In this document: positions 7,752-10,559 of the stretch, piece by piece | Numbering within the stretch: the stretch's first letter is position 1 | Layout: each line of letters opens with the position of its first letter | NCBI GenBank assembly: GCA_046758365.1 | Contig: JBHIAC010000118.1 | Coordinates: 1-10,559 of the forward strand | From: a bacterium | GTDB taxonomy: Bacteria > Zhuqueibacterota > Zhuqueibacteria > Oceanimicrobiales > Oceanimicrobiaceae | Direction of reading: 5' to 3' | DNA length: 10,559 nt | Notes under the pieces: model-generated | Database searches by the model: none | What the model saw: the letters and a program-made list of their open reading frames with translations, nothing else | Told to the model about the DNA's origin: nothing | Translations under genes and position numbers: made by a program

Positions 7752-8498
7752 TTATTCGATTTGCTCCATGACAGCCAGATCAATGTCAAAATTTGAATAA
7801 ACGTTTTGAACATCATCGTGTTCTTCAAGAAGATCCGTTAGCTTTAAAAGCTGCTCGGCCTCCTTACCCTCTACTTTTATGGTATTTTTAGGATACATGG
7901 TTAAATCGGCTGATTCATAGTTAATGTTGTTAGATTCCAATACCGATTTTACCTTTTCAAGATCTTCCGAAGCGGTTGTTATTTCAAAATGTTCTTCAGC
8001 GCTTTTTAAGTCTTCAGCGCCAGCATCCAAAACCATCATGAGCAACTCTTCTTCATCCAGATTTTTTTTAGGTATTGTAATTAACCCCTTCTTTTCAAAT
8101 ATCCAGGCAACCGAACCAGATTCCCCTAAATTACCGCCATATCTGGAGAAATGATGTCGCACCTCTGCTACAGTACGCTTACGGTTATCTGTAAGAATTT
8201 CAATATATAACGCTGCACCTCCAGGTCCATATCCTTCTAAAATTCCTTGTTCATAAACCACACCAGGAAGCTCACCAGTACCTTTTTTTATCGCTCGTTC
8301 AATATTCGCTGTAGGCATATTGGCTGTCCTTGCCGCCATAATTGCGGTTCTCAACTTCGTATTAGAGGCTTCGTCGCCACCGCCATCTCGGGCCGCAATG
8401 GTAATGTCTTTTATTAGGCGGGTAAATAGCTTGCCTCTTTCAGCATCAACCTTGGCCTTCTTGTGTTTAATGGAACTCCACTTGGAATGTCCCGACAT
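7752..8498 (-). CDS. yebC: YebC/PmpR (TACO1) family protein
   Basis: Motifs MSGHSKW..IKHKK, EGYGPGG, TDNRKRT, GGNLGESGSV and DDVQNVYSN; usual position upstream of ruvC; SD GGGAGG at 8506-8511. Confidence 0.96.
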   Translation of the reverse strand: MSGHSKWSSIKHKKAKVDAERGKLFTRLIKDITIAARDGGGDEASNTKLRTAIMAARTANMPTANIERAIKKGTGELPGVVYEQGILEGYGPGGAALYIEILTDNRKRTVAEVRHHFSRYGGNLGESGSVAWIFEKKGLITIPKKNLDEEELLMMVLDAGAEDLKSAEEHFEITTASEDLEKVKSVLESNNINYESADLTMYPKNTIKVEGKEAEQLLKLTDLLEEHDDVQNVYSNFDIDLAVMEQIE

Positions 8499-8525
8499 TT
8501 TTTATCCTCCCAAAATACTTTTCTA

Positions 8526-8554
8526 AATTTAATAAATTTTTTGCTATTTTCCAA
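8526..8554 (-). promoter_or_regulatory. Putative sigma70 promoter of the yebC-ruvCAB-queA-ispDF-gltX-cysS operon
   Basis: TTGGAA (8549-8554), 17-nt spacer, TAAATT (8526-8531), 28 nt upstream of the yebC ATG. The AT-rich background lowers specificity. Confidence 0.5.
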
Positions 8555-8609
8555 GTAAAATATTTTGGACTTAGTAATAACTCAGTTACAAGTAGACACT
8601 GATTGTTCT

Positions 8610-8685
8610 GGATATTCATCCTGAATATGTAATAATAGAGGACATTTGTCCCCACTCGTTAAGCCGAATAGAGGGATAAATATCC
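8610..8685. repeat. Three related 12-bp palindromic boxes (GGAYAWWYRTCC)
   Basis: GGATATTCATCC at 8610-8621, GGACATTTGTCC at 8640-8651 and GGATAAATATCC at 8674-8685. Confidence 0.45.
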
Positions 8686-8856
8686 TATCCTGAATTATTC
8701 ATAAATTCTACCACAAGACACAAAGGTCACTAAGAATATTGAACTTATGTAAGAAAGAATTTGAAAACCCAGTTTTTAAACCTCAATTTCTGCCTGTCTT
8801 TGTAATTTTTTATTTATAATAACTTTGTGTCTTGTGGTTATAAATTTTTCAGGCTA
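8686..8856. mobile_element. MITE-like non-coding element with nested terminal inverted repeats
   Basis: Perfect 16-bp IR ACCACAAGACACAAAG (8710-8725) / CTTTGTGTCTTGTGGT (8823-8838). Outer 19-bp IR with 15/19 matches (8686-8704 / 8838-8856). TA at both ends; no ORF of 60 aa or more inside. Confidence 0.55.
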
Positions 8857-9031
8857 TATAATCTTGCATTCAGCATGAATATACTGAATGAACCTAGTTT
8901 GTTAATATGAACCAACATTTCAAACGAAGTAGTATCCAGCGTAATTCAGTCCTTCAACCAATAACTGAGGGATTACTGGATTTACGTCTTGTCTCCATTA
9001 GATGGAAAATTTTTTCACCGGACTAACTTAA

Positions 9032-9072
9032 AATAAAAAACGACATCAGTAAATTTGATGCCGTTTTTTATT
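9032..9072 (-). terminator. Intrinsic (possibly bidirectional) terminator downstream of the SPOR gene
   Basis: Minus strand AATAAAAAACGGCATCA-AATTTAC-TGATGTCGTTTTTTATT: 17-bp inverted repeat with one G-U pair and a U-tract, 25 nt after the stop codon. Confidence 0.88.
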
Positions 9073-9096
9073 AATTGAATTGTTTTTAAAAGTCAT

Positions 9097-9624
9097 TTAT
9101 AGTTCATCCATCCAATGGTAGGCGTTCTTTAAATTTACTTTTGTTCTAATAACCCAGGCTTCCCGGAAGCCTTTCTTAATAGCTAATTCTTGAAACTTTT
9201 CGGCATCATACCAATTAATAAAATCCCCAACCCGAACTTTGTAAAATGGCGGGTCAAAGACGCGATAAACTCCCTCATTAAACCTGAGAATTGCATCTCT
9301 CTGAACATTCTTTGCTTCTTCTGGGTCAGTAGTTTGAATTAGCTGGACTCGATACCCGGTTACCATACTATCTTCAGATGCTTTCATCTCTCTTACCAAC
9401 TTATCTTCAAAACTTATACTCGAAACATCAGATTCTTTGATTTTTATATCGTCATCCTCTAAAGCAATTGGATCAAAATTTTCATTCATTTTATCGAAAT
9501 TTTTAGCTGTTCCAGATTCCGTTACAGGGCGTTGTACTTTTTCAGAAGCAGCACAACTCAAAAAAAGAAGAAGAGTTAAAATTATTTTAATTGAATCCGT
9601 AATACTATTTAATATATTTTTCAT
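9097..9624 (-). CDS. SPOR-domain (peptidoglycan-binding) lipoprotein
   Basis: Hydrophobic signal ending in the lipobox-like FLSC (Cys24), an acidic linker, and a C-terminal SPOR-like pattern GYRVQL...YKVRVGDF...A......L...GF.EAWV; 175 aa. Confidence 0.8.
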   Translation of the reverse strand: MKNILNSITDSIKIILTLLLFLSCAASEKVQRPVTESGTAKNFDKMNENFDPIALEDDDIKIKESDVSSISFEDKLVREMKASEDSMVTGYRVQLIQTTDPEEAKNVQRDAILRFNEGVYRVFDPPFYKVRVGDFINWYDAEKFQELAIKKGFREAWVIRTKVNLKNAYHWMDEL

Positions 9625-9642
9625 TTTATTTAACCTATCATC

Positions 9643-10559
9643 TTATTTAATTTCTTTAATAACTTCTGTGAGTGCGGGCACTACTTCAAAAAGATCACCA
9701 ACAATGCCGTAATCGGCAATGTCAAAAATAGGAGCGTGAGGGTCTTTATTTATGGCCACAATAGTACCAGAATTTTTCATTCCTACAATGTGTTGAATGG
9801 CCCCCGAAATTCCAACGGCTAAATAAAGCTTTGGCGCTACGGTTTGACCAGAACTTCCAATTTGTCGGTCTAAAGGCAGCCAGCCGTCATCACAAACGGG
9901 TCTGGAGGCCCCAATCTCTGCATCCAATACTCCTGCAAGCTGTTTAACTAACTCTAAATTCTCTTGTTTCTTAATTCCACGCCCCACCGATACAATTCGC
10001 TCCGCCTTACTTAAGTCTACCTCTTGTTTAACCCCTTCGAATATTTCCAGAACCTTGGTGCGGATTTCAACACCAGCCATGTCAATTTCTGCATTTCTAA
10101 CAGCGCCCTTACCTGAACCAGTCTCCAAATCATCGGCATTAAAAGCACCAACCTGAAACGTGACTAAATACGGTGCTTCTCCCTCGAAAGAAATATCTGT
10201 ATCAATTTTACCTTGAAATATTTGTCTAACAAAAATAAGCTTACCGTCCTCAACTTTATAGCGGACGCAATCACTGATTAAAGCCTTTTCCAAAGCTGCA
10301 GCTAACTTTGGTGCAAAATCTCGCACCATATACGTAAGGCTAAACAAAACCAGGAACGGCTTCTCTTTGTCAATAACTTGTTTAATGGCGGCTGTGTAAC
10401 CATCGGGAGTGTAATCGTTCAGTTTCTCATCTTCTGCGACTAAAACTTCTTTAACATTTATAGTGGCCACCTCTTCAGCCAATCCTTTGAGGTTTTTACC
10501 TAAAATGAGCACTGAGACTTCTTTTCCTAATTCTTTTCCAAGCTTTTGACCTGCCACAA
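9643..10559 (-). CDS. etfA: Electron transfer flavoprotein subunit alpha (FixB family), 5'-truncated by the window edge
   Basis: FAD-binding motifs IVSVGRG, GASRPVCD.GW, QIGSSGQTVAPKLYLAVGISGAIQH.VGM and AINKDPHAPIF.IADYGIVGDLF. The frame is open to the window end. Confidence 0.95.
   Translation of the reverse strand, partial: VAGQKLGKELGKEVSVLILGKNLKGLAEEVATINVKEVLVAEDEKLNDYTPDGYTAAIKQVIDKEKPFLVLFSLTYMVRDFAPKLAAALEKALISDCVRYKVEDGKLIFVRQIFQGKIDTDISFEGEAPYLVTFQVGAFNADDLETGSGKGAVRNAEIDMAGVEIRTKVLEIFEGVKQEVDLSKAERIVSVGRGIKKQENLELVKQLAGVLDAEIGASRPVCDDGWLPLDRQIGSSGQTVAPKLYLAVGISGAIQHIVGMKNSGTIVAINKDPHAPIFDIADYGIVGDLFEVVPALTEVIKEIK

Noticed and set aside
8573..8596. TAACTCAGTT...GTAGA resembling the D-arm of the tRNA-Gly repeat
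   Set aside because: The match is only about 10 nt, with no T-arm or acceptor stem nearby, so it is probably coincidental.
8467..8655. 62-aa minus-strand ORF upstream of yebC
   Set aside because: It has no recognisable motif, overlaps the yebC start, SD and predicted promoter, and is likely a chance ORF in AT-rich DNA.
8889..8901. Gram-positive-type LexA box (GAAC-N4-GTTC)
   Set aside because: TGAACCTAGTTTG has the wrong spacing (N3) and mismatches, and lies far from the predicted promoter.
484..9712. Plus-strand ORFs at 484, 1165, 2977, 5239, 6746, 7128, 7470, 7924, 8320 and 9437
   Set aside because: All are antisense shadows of well-supported minus-strand genes and have no family motifs.

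Overview
AT-rich bacterial chromosomal window in which every gene lies on the minus strand. In transcription order (right to left) it holds the 3' part of etfA, a SPOR-domain lipoprotein with an intrinsic terminator, a ~600-bp non-coding gap, and a compact housekeeping operon yebC-ruvC-ruvA-ruvB-queA-ispD-ispF-gltX-cysS. A sigma70-type promoter then precedes tRNA-Thr(UGU) and tRNA-Tyr(GUA). The most unusual element is at 1-145, where tRNA-Gly(UCC) normally sits in a thr-tyr-gly-thr-tuf cluster. Here there are two tandem copies (90-bp period, 55 bp identical) of a tRNA-Gly-like sequence whose anticodon arm is replaced by a 20-nt perfect palindrome (TCCCGAT-TTCC-ATCGGGA); the fully visible copy is cut off right after the T-loop. 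The 8499-9096 gap contains a 171-bp MITE-like inverted-repeat element, three related 12-bp palindromic boxes and extra hairpins. QueA sequence style and gene order suggest an FCB-related lineage such as KSB1, Calditrichota or Ignavibacteriota (inference only).
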